Below, piece after piece: positions 11,382 to 26,920 of a stretch of DNA of 64,000 bases (positions are counted from its first letter, which is position 1; each line of letters begins with the position of its first letter). Made by a program: the position numbers and the translations under genes. Below the pieces are notes generated by a model. That model ran no database searches. It was not told where the DNA came from and saw nothing but the letters and a program-made list of their open reading frames with translations. The stretch is from Eledone cirrhosa (lineage: Eukaryota). The DNA is taken from the NCBI GenBank assembly GCA_964016885.1, contig OZ024747.1, positions 26,474,001 through 26,538,000 of the forward strand. The letters are read 5' to 3'.

Positions 11382-11840
11382 GCAGCTGTTGTTGTTACTG
11401 TTGCTGTTTCTGTTATTGTTGTTTTATTAAATGTCATTTGCATTCGAATCAGAAAAAAAATCAGGTAACAGATAGGATATTGTAGGTTTCTTCTGTGGAT
11501 AAAGAACTGCTGCTGTAACTGTTGCTGCTGTTACTGTTGCTGTATCTGCTGTTGTTTCTACTGCAGTTGTTGCTGCTACTGCTGCTGTATCTGCTGTTGT
11601 TGCTACAGCAGTTGTTGTTCTTGCTCTTGCTGCTACTGCTGCTGTTCGTGCTGTTGTTGCTGCTATAGTTGCTGCTCTTATTGCTGCTGCTTCTGTTGCT
11701 GCTACTGTTCCCGTTGCTGCTACAGTTGCTGGTGTTGCAATGTTTTTGGCGGGGTTTGGTTGCTTTTCTGTTTAAATGGCTGTAATATGAGATGGAAGTA
11801 ATTATTAATTTTTAACGATGATCAAAATTATTCATACCGT

Positions 11841-11875
<35 letters not shown>

Positions 11876-12010
11876 TTAATCAAAGGGAGAACAATGACAA
11901 CGATGATAACGACAACGACCACGGCGACAACAACGATGATGATGATGTTAATGATGACGATAAGGATGATGATGATGATGGTGTTAATGATGACGATGAT
12001 GAGGAGGAGC
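11322..12010. repeat. Trinucleotide microsatellite cluster: (GTT)n, cryptic (GCT/GTT)n, (GAT)n
   Basis: Directly visible. Confidence 0.9.
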
Positions 12011-13209
12011 AGAAGGAGGAGGATTGCAAACATATTTTCTTTATTAAGCACAAGAAGTAGAAAAATCTCAATTAGTGTTAATATAGAGAAAAAGACAAAA
12101 TACATGATTACATAAACAAATGTCGATATATAAAACCATTCTCTCATATTATGCATATTCAAAATGTCTGCAATGATGCATATTCCATTTTGTCGACATC
12201 AATATGTAACTGGTACCTATCTTTACCGACCTCAGAGATAAGTACCGAAATCCAACATGGTGAGATTTGAACTCAAAATTACGACATTTGAACACAAAAA
12301 TATTTTGTATTATTCTAAGCTTTTCTGCCACTTTAAATATGAGCATGAAACTAACCAGGAAATATTGTGTTTCATTCTAAGCTGTCTGCTATTTTATACC
12401 TTTAAAATATGGGCCACACTTATGTATGAACCCGTGTTAAGTTATGTTCGAAACACCAGCTTAATAATGAGAAAGTTTTACTAAATCCCTCCGAATTCTT
12501 GATTATTTCCAAAATCATATGTAAGTTGTAGGCAGTATCTTTCATTAGAAACATGTTAACGAAAATGTTAAAGTGTTTATAATTGTCTAAAGATTTTTCA
12601 TCATAACTTTATTATAAGTTATATTCCAAACAGCAGCTTGATAATGAGAAAATTAGTTATATTATTAAATCCTAAAAAAATCTTGATTATTTTCAAAGTG
12701 ATTTGAAAATTAAAAGCAGTGTCTTTCATTAGAAATATAGTGATGAAAGACTCCGACCTCTGAGAAATATTCTTTCTTTCATCTCAAGCCTACAAGAGAA
12801 GCCGGGGTGTCAAACAATTGACGAAATTAATATTTTACTCGGAGATAGGATGTCTGTTTGAAAATATCCTTAAAATAACTGCTTGAAAGGGATAATGAAA
12901 GAAAAAAAATAGCAACTTAAAATAGCCATTCACGACATCATCTCTTTCCCCATAGCAACGGCTCCAACATCATTGTCAGTTTTTTTTTCTTGTTTATTTT
13001 TTTCAACAGTGGCAAAAATCAGAATTGACAACCCAACAACAAAATTACAGTTTAGTAAAGGAAATAGAAAATATAATGATAATAATTTTAGGCTCACTGA
13101 AACGTCAAATGCTTTGTCCCTGGGTGCAAGAGAGCAACTTAACTTAACTTACGCAAACGTCCAAATCAATTGCTTCAGGTCATCGTTCTCTTCTTTATTA
13201 ATGTGAAGA

Positions 13210-13440
13210 TGCGTAGCTTTGTGGTTAGAGTGTTCAAATCGTGATCATAAAGTCATGAATTTGATTCCCAGCGGAGCATTGTGTCCTGAATCAAGATATT
13301 TTATTTCACGTTGCTTCAGTTCACACAGCTTGAAAAAATAAATTGTATGTAATTTAAAGAGCCAGCCTTCTCACACAGAGTGCCACGCTGAATCTTCCTG
13401 AGAATTACGTTAAGGGCACACGTTTCTATAGTTCTATAGA
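13210..13440 (+). mobile_element. Degenerate tRNA-derived SINE, second family
   Basis: tRNA-like head (gcgtagctttgtggttagag...ttgattccc) and body gtgtcctg..caaga..ttttatttcac. Related to 48067-48255, 47230-47305, and 32860-33080 on the minus strand. Confidence 0.6.
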
Positions 13441-13476
13441 GATATAGTAAAAACACCGTATTTGACCTTACAGTGG

Positions 13477-13535
<59 letters not shown>

Positions 13536-14479
13536 GAAGAATCGACCCCCACTGCTAAAGGAGGCAAAGTTGTTTTGAGCGGGATTTAAAATCATGCGCA
13601 GGAAGTATTTTAATCCGACGCACTAACAATTCGTCTCCTGCATTTCAGTTCTACTCTCCTCTGAATAAAACTGATCCACACCGTATACTTTCTCATCTAT
13701 CCACATATTCACTTGTCTATCTAACTAAGCAGCCATTTTCCTTCATCACCACCCACCTACTTATCTATCTATCTATTTATCTCTCCATTCATCTATCTAT
13801 CTACCCATTCCTCTATCTGTCTGTCTATCTATCTATTTATCTATCTACATACATCTATCTACATACATCTATCTTCCTAGCTTCCAACATATCTCTGTAA
13901 AATATATACCGTTGTATATTCATTTCTGTTATATTTCACTTTGTCTCCGTTTCTTGCTTACGTAATATTGCCTTTAACAGCACATAACTACAACGACTAC
14001 AAAAATAACAATACAAAACATGTTGCTTGAGATACCCCCATGCATTATACTACACTGTTTAGTCAAATACTGATTTCTAATTAAGGAACAAGGCGAGCAA
14101 ATTTGGGAGAAAGGCAAAGTTAATACAATCAACCTCAGTTCTTGACTAGTACTTCGTTTTATCTACCCCAGAAGACTGAAAGGGTAAGTTGAACTTGGGA
14201 GGATTTAAGTGCCAAATGTAAAGAAATACCATTTTATCCGACTATCTAACAATTCTGCTAATCCATCACCCTCAAACTTTTGTCTAATATTAAAGAATAT
14301 TTATCATATCTTTGGACAAAATGCTTTTCTAACATCAGAAGCTAATTCTGCTTCTTAACGTACCATTTTATCGTTCAAAGAAATTTTGGTTTTGTTAGCT
14401 TCAGATGTTTCTGTTGTGGTGTATATAATAACATCATGTTTTTATCAAACATACTGTTGTGACATACAAGTCTGTTCAA

Positions 14480-14819
<340 letters not shown>

Positions 14820-14931
14820 TATATATACATACCTGCATATATACATACCTGCATATATATATACCTGCATATATACATACCTGCATGAACATACAAACAA
14901 ACACACCCACTGACACACACACATATTCATC

Positions 14932-15020
<89 letters not shown>

Positions 15021-15296
15021 ATATGTGTGTGTGTCAGTGTTTGTTTGTATGTTCATGCAGGTATGTATATATGCAGGTATGTATATATGCAGGTATATAT
15101 ATATGCAGGTATATATATATGCAGGTATGTATATATGCAGGTATATATATATGCAGGTATGTATATATGCAGGTATAAGTACGCATATGTGTATATATGA
15201 TTATATTTATATTGAAACGAATTATATCATCTTAGGTTTCAAACAAGGTTTTATTTTTAAAAAGCTACAAATCCATATGTATGTGTGTATACATAC

Positions 15297-15376
<80 letters not shown>

Positions 15377-15381
15377 GTATA

Positions 15382-15438
<57 letters not shown>

Positions 15439-15440
<2 letters not shown>

Positions 15441-15750
15441 GGTGGCTGCCAACTCGTTTTCGAGTACGGCCACTACTTTATAGCCATGTAGGAGATGCGC
15501 TGAACAAGTGTGACTTTTTAGTCCAGCCAACGACTTGAAAACTCTGGTACAAACACTACACTTGTGACAATTACTGACACATAGTGCTGGGCCCATGGTA
15601 CCATGTGATGACAAGTGCAGAGAGATCTCCAGATATAAAGCAATGTCTGTGCCGTGAAGTTTTTATAGTGACCAAAGGCACTGCACAAAGCCAGTCCCAC
15701 TCCCTTAACCAAGATGATATTTATCAAAAAGAACAAGTCAACATCATTGG
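15439..15750 (-). mobile_element. Bipartite non-autonomous RTE derivative (5' UTR piece joined to the ORF 3' end and tail)
   Basis: 15640-15750 resembles the RTE 5' UTR at 43377-43493. 15500-15565 encodes [17 protein letters not shown], versus [17 protein letters not shown] in the RTE. 15439-15472 resembles 33417-33451. Confidence 0.75.
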
Positions 15751-16199
15751 ATTCCATCAGGGTATATATATACATATATATATACATATATATATACATA
15801 TATATATTTAATACAATAACATAGATAGCTTAAAGCTAAACTCCGACTGGTAACCATCTCACTCAACAAACATTAGGTTATATGTTAGTATAAACCCAAT
15901 TTAAGTGTTTGGGGTGCTAACTATATGTATTTTGTGGAAAGCCAGTTGTATTATTTTATGAGATATAATTAAAGTTAAAATATATCTCTCTTTCCAAACA
16001 ATTGTTTCATTATAAGTTTTCTACAAATTGGGAGAATGTTTCCAGTTTATGTAGAAGCCTAACATATATTCATGTAAGAATATATTTAGGTGGGCTCTTA
16101 ATACATATATACATATATATGTATATATACATATATATGTATATATACATATATATACATATATACATACATACATACACACACAAACACACATATATA

Positions 16200-16230
<31 letters not shown>

Positions 16231-16233
16231 ATG

Positions 16234-16357
<124 letters not shown>

Positions 16358-17746
16358 TATATATATATAGCCAGGTTACAGCTGTTAAATAAAGACTAAA
16401 GACATGTTAGAAGGGAAAATAAATACAATCTTGAATAAGGATTCAAATAAAGAATAACCTTTCCAATGTCAGATGACTTTTACAAAGCCAGAATCAGCCA
16501 ATATGTAGAACTAACTCAATAATCGCGATTGTCAAAGAACTGTTTCTATCAGAAGTGTAGAATTTATTCAATTGAATCTTCGGAAATTCCACATCTAAGA
16601 CGTTAAATTATCTGTCACAAAGCATCACTGTCTAAGAACTCAATGAGCTTTCTCGACTTCTCAAGAATTGCCTTGCCAGGTTATCAAAAGGCCTTTCGAA
16701 ATATACTATAGCCAGTGTCGGCGCTACCATTAATACCAACTTGGCATGCTGTCTAGGGCGCAGATCTCAGAGAGGGGTAACACTGAACCTTAAAGGATCA
16801 CAGTTATATACAAATTCATATAATTGAATTAAATATATAAGAATTTCCTGCAATCAATAAATCAATCATTAAAACATGTAGCAGCGTTGTGGGAATATCC
16901 AAATCGGTAGAAAAGGTCGAACTGTGTAATGACCTGTCACATTATTTGGCATAGATGGGTAGCAGAAAATGCAGCCTTAATAATTTTGTTATATGTGATC
17001 AGCAGTTTACCAAACTATATGTTGAGTATATTTTATTTGGAAGAATTGGGCCCATGACTGTGAGAAAGGGCGCATACCAAGGTGCTGGCTCTGGTTTCAG
17101 TTGGTTATGGTGAAATAATTCGTTGTTAGAAGAAAGGGTTAAAAATTCGGGGCAACACCTTCAATGTGTTAGAGTTAATGTTTGATCGTTCTACTTCATA
17201 TTATACTAGTAAAGTGGTTTCAAATTTCTCTTCATTTTCAATTATCATTTACTAATTTCTCACCTGGGCATCAGATTAACATGAGCAAACTTTTCAAACC
17301 TCGATAACTCTATAGTCCCAAATGGGACTAAATTTGAAGTAGCAGTTTATTTTATGGATTGTTAATTCATGATAGTCCTTAGAGTTGGATATGTTGGTAT
17401 TTTATTTGATGTATGTGTACAATGTATATTATAGTTGGATATGCTGGTATTTCATTTGATATATATACACAATATACACTAGTCTTTCCACTTTTGATTC
17501 CTCCCTTTACTATCATTCTTCTCCATTTTCTCTCTTGGCTATAATTCATCCACTGCTAACCAAGTGCCTCTCATTTAAGAATCACTTCGCTGATAGTTCA
17601 CTTATGAGTCAATATATAATTCTTTCTAATATTGGCATAAGACCAGCAATTTGAGGGAAGCGGAAAATCAATTATATCTAACCCAGTACTTAACAGGTAC
17701 TTTATTTCATCGACATTGGTGAATCTACCAATCAACCACTCAAACA

Positions 17747-17782
<36 letters not shown>

Positions 17783-18623
17783 CCAAAAATTATACCTACC
17801 ATGAACACAGGGAGGAAGAGACCTTAACTAGAAAACTATTAAGTAACCAATCTATGACTGCAAAAATATTTAATGAAAAGTAAGGGAAAATTAATTTTAA
17901 AAATAACCATGATAAATGAACAAAACAAAATTGTTTTCTATCTTCAGAGAAGCCAACAAATTCAAAACAGAAGCTGGATTGACAAGATATGGGTGCACCC
18001 AATAATTATATTTTTCCCCCCAAACTACCAAAAAGACACATCTATTTGTATATGCGCTACAATTTATGTACATGTTATGTAGAGACAGATGGAGAGAGAT
18101 AGATATAGATATATAGAGAGAGGGAGAGTTTGGTGGTAATTGATATAGAGAGGAAGGTTGGGAGAGTGTGTAGTATATTAGATATAGAGAAGGAAAGAGA
18201 TTGAAGTTTATTGATATAGAGAGGGGATTGGAAGAGAGTTCCGTGTAGTAGATATACAGAGGGAGAGTGTTTTGTGTTAATTGATATAGAGAGGGGGCTT
18301 GGGAGAGAGTGTTGTATTGTTGATGTGGAGTGGGGGAGAGTTTAGTGATAATGAATAGATTTAGAGGATTGATAGATATAGAGAGGGGGAGAACTTGGTA
18401 GTGATAGATAGAGTGAGAAGGAATGAGAAAGAGTGTTGTATGGTAGATATAGAGAGGAGAATAGTTCGGTATTAACTGATATAGAGAGGGGTACTGGAAG
18501 ATAGTTCCATGTAGTAGTGTGCCTTTTGGTAGTTTCTCCCCAAACTACCAAAACACATATATTTGGATATGCGCTACAATTTATGTACATGTTATGTTTA
18601 TCGCATTTGTTACATTGTTACAT

Positions 18624-18750
18624 TGCCTTTCGTCCTTACGAGGCCGATAAAATAAAGTACCAGTAACGCACTGGGGTCGATTTAATCGACTTTCACCTTC
18701 CCTTCAAATTGCTGACCTTGTGCCAAATGTAGAAATAATTATTATTATTT
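18624..18750 (+). mobile_element. SINE 3' fragment
   Basis: Same core as 22660-22851, ending in (att)n. Confidence 0.75.
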
Positions 18751-19564
18751 GATTTCACCTTGAATGTATAATATGACGGCCGATAATGTTTATTTTACTT
18801 TACCTTTGTTTTTATTATATTTTCCTTTTGCCAGTTATGATTTCTTTTAATCGCATTCATTTGAATAAAACGGATAACAAAGAACAAATAGTTCTTAATT
18901 CGCTTCTGATGTTCTAGAACTAACATAAATGTTGTACTACGTAAATTTAACTAAATCAACATTCATTGCAAAATCACAGCAGATCAAATCGATACAATGT
19001 ATGCTGGACTATTGACAGAAAGTTTGGTGGTTCGTGTCACGTCATTGGTGCTATTGCTTTTTCTTTCATGATCAAGATGCGTAATTGTCAAGTAATTCAG
19101 CCCAGCAGACATTACAGGGTTATTTGATCCTCTTGATATCAACCGACTCTGGTTCTATAAATCAAAACCACCCATTTTAAACGGTTTGAATTAATATCTT
19201 CCAAATTAATTTTATATTAAAATCATAGATTTAGTTACTATTTTAGTAATAAAATAATCAATTATTTTAGTAAATCCTCCAAAAGTATTCTTTAATTAAT
19301 TAAAATAGAGTTTATTTCATTAGAAATACAGCCACGAAAGGATTAATGAATAAAGTGAATGCACTGAGAATTTAGTAGTTGTTCTTTAGTTTTAGGTCAA
19401 CCCCCTAGAGATTAGTTCTGTGCTCAATGTCAGCTGAACCGTGACCATCCTGTTTTTGTTTTTGTTTTAGTGTTTTGTGTTTGTTTGATTGATTTTTGTT
19501 TTGTTTTGTTTGTTTGTTGTTTTTTGCTATATTATCAAGTGACTGTGATAACATTTTACACGTT

Positions 19565-19640
19565 TTTATTGTATGTAAACTTCCCCCTTTGTATTTGTCC
19601 CCTTCTTTTGTGCCCCTGTGGCTAATAAAGAAATATATCT
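19565..19640 (+). mobile_element. Short 3' end of a Tx1-like element
   Basis: tttgtatttgtccccttcttttgtgcccctgtggctaataaagaaatatatct matches the reverse complement of 55160-55220. Confidence 0.8.
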
Positions 19641-20112
19641 AACACTATATTTCACCACGTGTCCTTCCTTTTCTTGGAGGTCATTTGTGTCACACAGGAA
19701 TTTGTCTTTAATTCTCCGTATTCGGAGGTTATTTGTTGTTAAATCTATAATTGACGGCTGTTTATTGCATCGAAAGGCAGTTTCTTTATTAGGCTTCCTG
19801 AAAACAAAATTCTCCAAAATATGATTCAATTGTTATACAATCACACCTCATCAGCAAGTTAAAAGACTCTACGCTGATTTTATCAATCAACCAAGTTATA
19901 AAATCGGTATAAAGCCTGTGAAGCAAATAAAATATCGTAAAAATAGAATTCATTGTTTGTTAAAATTGAATGTCGTTGAAGAGCTTGGTGGCTTCTTAAC
20001 GTGTGTGTCACCATTGGTTGCACCACCAAAGGAAGTTGGTTGCGTTTGTTTGTGTGTGGTCCTACGCCTGAAGGTACCCAGCTTAGTTGTTAGGGGGTTC
20101 GGCAACTGAGTG

Positions 20113-20418
20113 CAATAATAACAACGACAGTATCAGCAGCAGCAAAAACGAGAACAACAGTAATGATAACAACAACAGCAACAACAACAGCATCAGTAAT
20201 AACAGCAGCGATAACTGCCACAGCAACAAGAAAAGCAACAAGAAAAACAACAGCAACAACAGTAGCAATAACAACAACAACAACAACAACAACAATAACA
20301 ACAACAACAACAACAACCTACAACAACAATAACAACAACAACAACCAACAACAATAACAACAAGAACAACAACCAACAACAATAACAACAACAGCAGCCA
20401 ACAACAATAACAACAGCA
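20113..20418. repeat. (CAA)n/(CAG) microsatellite
   Basis: Directly visible. Confidence 0.9.
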
Positions 20419-20439
20419 CACACTTATATCATTCGTTTA

Positions 20440-21108
<669 letters not shown>

Positions 21109-21483
21109 TCTCTAGTCTCCTTATAATATATAACCAGCAATTTCTCTGTCTGTCTGTCCTACAGTGGAAACACGTGCGCGCGTGCGAATGTTTTTTACGT
21201 ACGCGTAGAGAGAGAGACTACAAGAGGGGGATAGCGGGAGGGAGAGAGGGGGGAATTGAGGAGTGCTACAGAAACATATATACATTTCTGTGTGTGTGTA
21301 ATATATATATATATACACACACAGGAATATATATATATACACACAGAAATATATATACATTTATGTGTGTGTAATATATATATATATACACACAGAAATA
21401 TATATACATTTCTGTGTGTGTATATATATATATATTACACACACAGAAATGTATATATATTTCTGTGTGTATATATATATATA

Positions 21484-22369
21484 CTAGCAAATGACCCCCG
21501 TCCATTGGACGGTGTCAGTTCTTGGTAGGGCTGCAATGTTAATGGTCAATTTCCGTGTTGTATGTTTAACTTGGAGGATAATTTTACCTGATCAACTCTT
21601 TCAATAAAAAAAATGAGACGGTATTCAAAAAGAGCAAGTTTTATTTACAGATATGTGTCATTAAAATGTGAACATAGAGAAATGTATCGTGAGCCGTGTC
21701 GGTTGAACAATGTGTATTTTAAAACAACCATCATGTACACACACACACAAACACAAACATACACACACATACACACAAACACACACACATACACACACAC
21801 ATATACGCACACAATCCCAAGACGTGACGTTGTGGAAGGGGGAGAGTTAAGAAGTGTAATAAATAAGTTAAAATTATAAACGCTGTATTTATCATATTCG
21901 CGTCACACACACTCCTCTCTTTCTTTATTTTACTCTCTCTCTCTCTCACTCCTCTCTTTCTATCTCCCTCTCACACATCCTTCTCTCTCTGGCCGTTATG
22001 GAAATTACACACACACACACACACATGCAAGCACACATACACACACAAACACATACACACACATATACACACGCACATACACATACAATCCCATAACGTC
22101 GTGTTGTGGAAGGGGGAGAGTTAAGAACTGTGTAAAAGGAACGCTCTCTCTCTTTAATGGCCGTCATGGAACTTGTTAGTGCAAAAGCCTATAAGATTAT
22201 AAAATCGAAGTTTGTGACTTCGAAATTAATCATTATGAAATAATTTTTTCTTGATGTTACAAACGGTAGCCTATTTTGGCTATGTTTTTAATTTGACAGA
22301 GATGGATGGAATATTTTCCAAGTGAAACTCTTTTACACACACACACAGAACGGGAATTATATATATAGA
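21484..22369 (-). mobile_element. Non-autonomous Helitron on the minus strand
   Basis: The minus strand begins TCtatatatataattccc and ends with the hairpin ccgtccaatggacgg, then ~10 nt, then CTAG. Confidence 0.75.
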
Positions 22370-22659
22370 TTACACACACAGAAATGTATATATATATACA
22401 CACAGAAATATATATACATCCCTTAGCTACTGTACTCTATCTGTTGCTATCTCTCTCTCTCTCCAGCTATCCCTCTCTTTTAGTCTGTCTGTTTCTCTCA
22501 CTCTCACTCTTTCTCTTTGTAACACACTAACATTCCTCCCCTCTATCGCTGTGACGAATGGGGAGATGGGGGAGGAGGAGGAAGAGAGAGTCACTTCGTC
22601 ACTTCACCTCTGCCTTTCTTTCTCTCCCCTCTCACTCACTCATTACGTACAGACATTAG

Positions 22660-22851
22660 GGCGGTGGATTGGCAGAATCTGTAGAGAGTCGGACACCATG
22701 CTTCATAGCATGGAGTTACGTCCCTTTACGGTCTGAGTTCAAATACCGCCGAGGTTAACTTTGCTTTTCATCCTCACGGGGTCGATAAAATAAAGTACCA
22801 GTAATGTACTGGGTAATTACTGGCCTTGTGCCAAAAGTAGAAACAATTATT
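22660..22851 (+). mobile_element. Near full-length tRNA-derived SINE
   Basis: A box tggcagaatctg, B box gagttcaaatac, core ttttcatcct..ggggtcgataaaataaagtaccag, and an att tail. Confidence 0.8.
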
Positions 22852-23139
22852 AGAAACATTGCTTCATTTTTACATATCTAAGCATTAGTAAAATAACTAA
22901 TAATTTCAAAAGTAACTTTTCAATTCCAATTGTTATGAACAGCAAAACATTAATAATAATTTTGTTCTAAGAAATATATATACATTTCTGTGTGTGTAAT
23001 ATATATATATATACACACAGAAATATATATACATTTCTGTGTGTGTAATATATATATATACACACAGAAATATATATACATTTCTGTGTGTGTAATATAT
23101 ATATACACACAGAAATATATATACATTTCTGTGTGTGTA

Positions 23140-23182
<43 letters not shown>

Positions 23183-23219
23183 GAAAGATTTGAATGGATA
23201 CAGTTTAGTTGAAAGGAAT

Positions 23220-23336
23220 TTATTGACACGTGTTTCTATAACAGTTACATAACCTAAAACAGCTATCTACAAACTTTTAGTTATGCAGACATTCAATATT
23301 TCAATGTTATTATTTACTGTCATTTCATCAGAATAA
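23220..23336 (-). ncRNA. Type I hammerhead ribozyme with extended stem II (PLE2, copy 1)
   Basis: ttatt-CTGATGA-a-atgacag...ctgttat-a-GAAAC-ACGT-GTC-aataa. Confidence 0.7.
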
Positions 23337-24278
23337 TATTACTGAGGACCTATTTAGTTTTTATAGAGAATATTAGGAGGGAGGGGTGAAGTTGTTAGAA
23401 GAATAGGTGAAGGAGTGGTTTTTCGATAGCAGTGAGAATTCTTGGTGGCAGTGAGTAATTAGATTCCCATCTGTTGTTTTGACATTTTTTATAGAATATA
23501 TTATTGGTTATTTTTCTAAATCTATAGAAGGATTAGAGATAGTAAAGATATGCGTGGTTGGTTTTGTGTTTGCACTTAATTAACATTCAGACTTAAATTT
23601 TTCTTTCAAGTGTACGTATCCTTTCACCCACGCATTCACACACAAATATATTTGCACACCTCTACAAAATACATATACACACAATTCACATATTCATACT
23701 TACATATATATACACATGCATACACATATATATACACACATGTATTCATGTACATACATACGCGCTCATGTGTATACATTTTCATACTCAACTTATCTTT
23801 ATATACACACGTATAGACACACACATATATACATACGTACTCTAGTCCATGTGTACACACATACACATACATACACATCCATATACACATATATACATAC
23901 ACATATATACATACATATATACATATACATATATATATATATATATATACATATACATACATACACAAACATACATATACACACATATACATATATATAT
24001 ATATATATAAGCACTTTAATACATGAATACACTTACATCTAACTATACACATCAAACATATATATATATTTACTTATTTATATACATTTTCACATATATA
24101 TACAAACTTATGGACGTTTTTAGACACATTCATTATCGCATATTTGTACCTATTCTCATCAGCATATCTTTTCATTATTAGTATGGTAATTTAAGGTTAT
24201 TAATATATGTTGAGAAGAGATTGTTTTTATATTTTTCTAACTAGATTAAGGTTTATATAGTTGGGGGATGTCCCTCTT

Positions 24279-26599
24279 TTATGTAATATTCGGCTTGTAG
24301 TGGGAAAAAAGGGTTTTAGTTCTGTGACGGCAGAATAATGTTCGTTCAATTCTGTTATTCAGCAGTTTCTTCTTGTGTGTGATTATGTAATAAATCTCAA
24401 GATTACACAATTTGCAGAAATTTTGGCTCCTGGAAAAGCTTTGGGTTTTAGCTAATTTTTCCCATTTTAGGGTAAACTTTTGATCGCTATCCCTGAGCGT
24501 CCAAGCTTTTTCTGCTAGAGTTGTTACATTTCTTTGGCTCTGGTGTTTTATTGAGTAAGAATGCCTATACAATCGAGATTTAAACGATGTTGCCGTTGAT
24601 CCCACGTAATACCACTCGTTGCCTCCGGATTTAATGGTACACTTATAAATAATATTTTTTCCAGGCAGTTATTGCCGAGGGGGCAGTTGTCAGGATAGGT
24701 GCAGTTACAGTTGTGTACGTTGGGTTTTCTCTGGAGTAGTATTGCGGACGAACTTAGGTGTGGTTTATTTATGTTCTGTAGTGTATTGTCTACTGTTTTT
24801 TTTGTGTTCTTTGTACTTAAGTTCTTAGTGTTTTCGTTTAACCTTCTAGTATTGATCTTTTTTATGTGTTGTTCAAGGTTTAACGCTGTAGAGTATGGCA
24901 GTCTTATAGTGGTAGGGTTTAGGATTTTGTGGTATTTGTGTGATGTGGGAAAATGTCTTTTAATTATTTTAAAGAAGAGTACTGGTAAATTTGTACTAAT
25001 GGAGCTATTGTATTCGGGGTTATACCATAAGTACTCTTTGCATCGCTTTCTATTAGTTTTGTTTGTTGGTTTACTGGTGTGCATACTATGGTAGTAAGTG
25101 TGGTTTGGTGTTGTGTTATTATATCTACCTATGTGGGATTTATTTTGGGTGTTTTGATTGTTCCCATCTATGTACTCTATTTTGTTGAGGTAGCCTGCTT
25201 TACTAAGGGCGTTATCGTAGTACTCGGCGTGTTCCTTAAATACTTGTATGTTAGAAGATAGACCCGAGATTCTAAGGGAAATATTTTTAGGGATAGATTT
25301 AATTATAGAGATGGGGTGGTTAGACCCAACATTTACGTATTTGAGATTTTCATTCAATTTATGAAACGGTTTAATCAAACCAGAGTTTAAATTGAGTGTG
25401 ACATCCAGGAAGTTAACTACTTTAAGGTTGTATTCATATGTTATAGTTAGTCCTATTTCGAGTAGTAGTTTTCTTATATCTTTGCGTAGTTTTTTTAGTT
25501 TTTGGTTATTAAGGTTTTTAGCTAGGAGGAGAACATCGTCGCGGTATATTCCGCCGTGGAGATTGCTGAATTTTTCCTGGAGTCTAAAGGCGATAAATAA
25601 CCCCACAATATCAGTTATTTCCGCCGAATCGTTAGAGCCCATTGTTATGTCAAAGTTAGAGGGTCTATCTTTACGTACCCAATAACTGTTCTCAAATTTG
25701 ACTATAGTTTTCCTAGCTTCTAATATAATCTTAATTTCATCGTTTGTAAGGTCAGAGTTATCCTTAGCAAACTTAATGGCTCTATTCAAAGTTTCAGGTG
25801 ATATCGATGAGTAATATTCATCGATATCAAACTGGATAAACTTAGATTTATTCTTATTGCTAATGCTATTAAACCATCTTATTGCTTCTTGGGTCTTCCC
25901 CCATAGTTTAATGTTAACCTTAGCCTTAATTTGGGGGATGATTCTATCTAAGATATATTTGCTTATTTTACCTATATCTGATTTAGAGGGGCAGATTAAT
26001 CTAATTTTAGGGTCATTATCAAAGTTTACCTTGTGGTCCTTAAGATTGAAGGTGGGTACCGCCGGTAAGAGTGGTCCTGTCCTATCTTCGATTCCGAGAT
26101 TTTTCACTATTTCGCATGCCTCATCATTGATGTGCTTAAGGGTTACTTCACTCGTTTTTCTATATTTTTTATGTAATTCTTTTCGAATGAAGTTGTTGTA
26201 TGTAGTGCAATCCATAGTGTACAGGTTTGATGTTTTGTCCGCTTTTACTACAATTCCTTTGGTGTTTTTAAGGTCGTCCAGTAGTTTTTTTATATCTTTC
26301 TGTAATTTGCTGTTGGTATTGCGTCCTTTGAATTTAATTTTAAGGATTAAGTTCATAAGGTCCTGCTCAAATGCATCTAATAGTGGGTTGGTGGGTGGGT
26401 TTTTACAAGTCCTAAAACCGAATTTGTTGTTTACACCACTTTCTAATGTTGAGTTCATACGGCTTCTATCATAGTGGAGCGTTTTCCACCTGACACGTCG
26501 AATGAATTCATTAGTTTTTTGAATCATGCTCAATAAATATTCCTTTCTACCCTGGGTTGGTATGTTTTTGAGTGACATATCCAGGTAGTGTTTTTCCAT
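24279..26599 (-). CDS. PLE2 RT + GIY-YIG protein with one frameshift near 24655
   Basis: KADKT, RLI, QFDIDEYYSSI, ITMGS, GIYRDD, NFLD and CNC..CPL..CL. IIYKC..YYVGST..FKSR..H..CKLC..E..LN..CRH follows in the next frame. Confidence 0.9.
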
Positions 26600-26803
26600 T
26601 GTTGTGGTTGCGTTTGCTGTGTGGGTTACTCGACTTTACAGGAGGTAAATATACAGTATTTTCCGTTGTGTTGTAATATAAATATTACACACAGTAGATT
26701 ATCAGCTCACGTAGAGTTTGCTCAACGGTTCCAGTTGTAGTTCCAAAAGTAATCCGGAGAAAAATAGAAAGATTTGAATGGATACAGTTTAGTTGAAAGG
26801 AAT

Positions 26804-26920
26804 TTATTGACACGTGTTTCTATAACAGTTACATAACCTAAAACAGCTATCTACAAACTTTTAGTTATGCAGACATTCAATATTTCAATGTTATTATTTA
26901 CTGTCATTTCATCAGAATAA
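26804..26920 (-). ncRNA. Type I hammerhead ribozyme with extended stem II (PLE2, copy 2)
   Basis: Same motif as 23220-23336, ~200 nt upstream of the ORF start. Confidence 0.7.

Noticed and set aside
12945-12960. RFX X-box-like motif (ccccatagcaac)
   Set aside because: It is an imperfect single motif with no supportable adjacent gene.
16712-17094. Possible old hAT MITE (cagtgtcggc...gctggctctg)
   Set aside because: The TIRs are degenerate and there is no matching TSD.
19640-19830. Possible host exon (87-aa ORF)
   Set aside because: There is no recognisable domain or clear splice pair, and the ORF runs into a Tx1 3' fragment.
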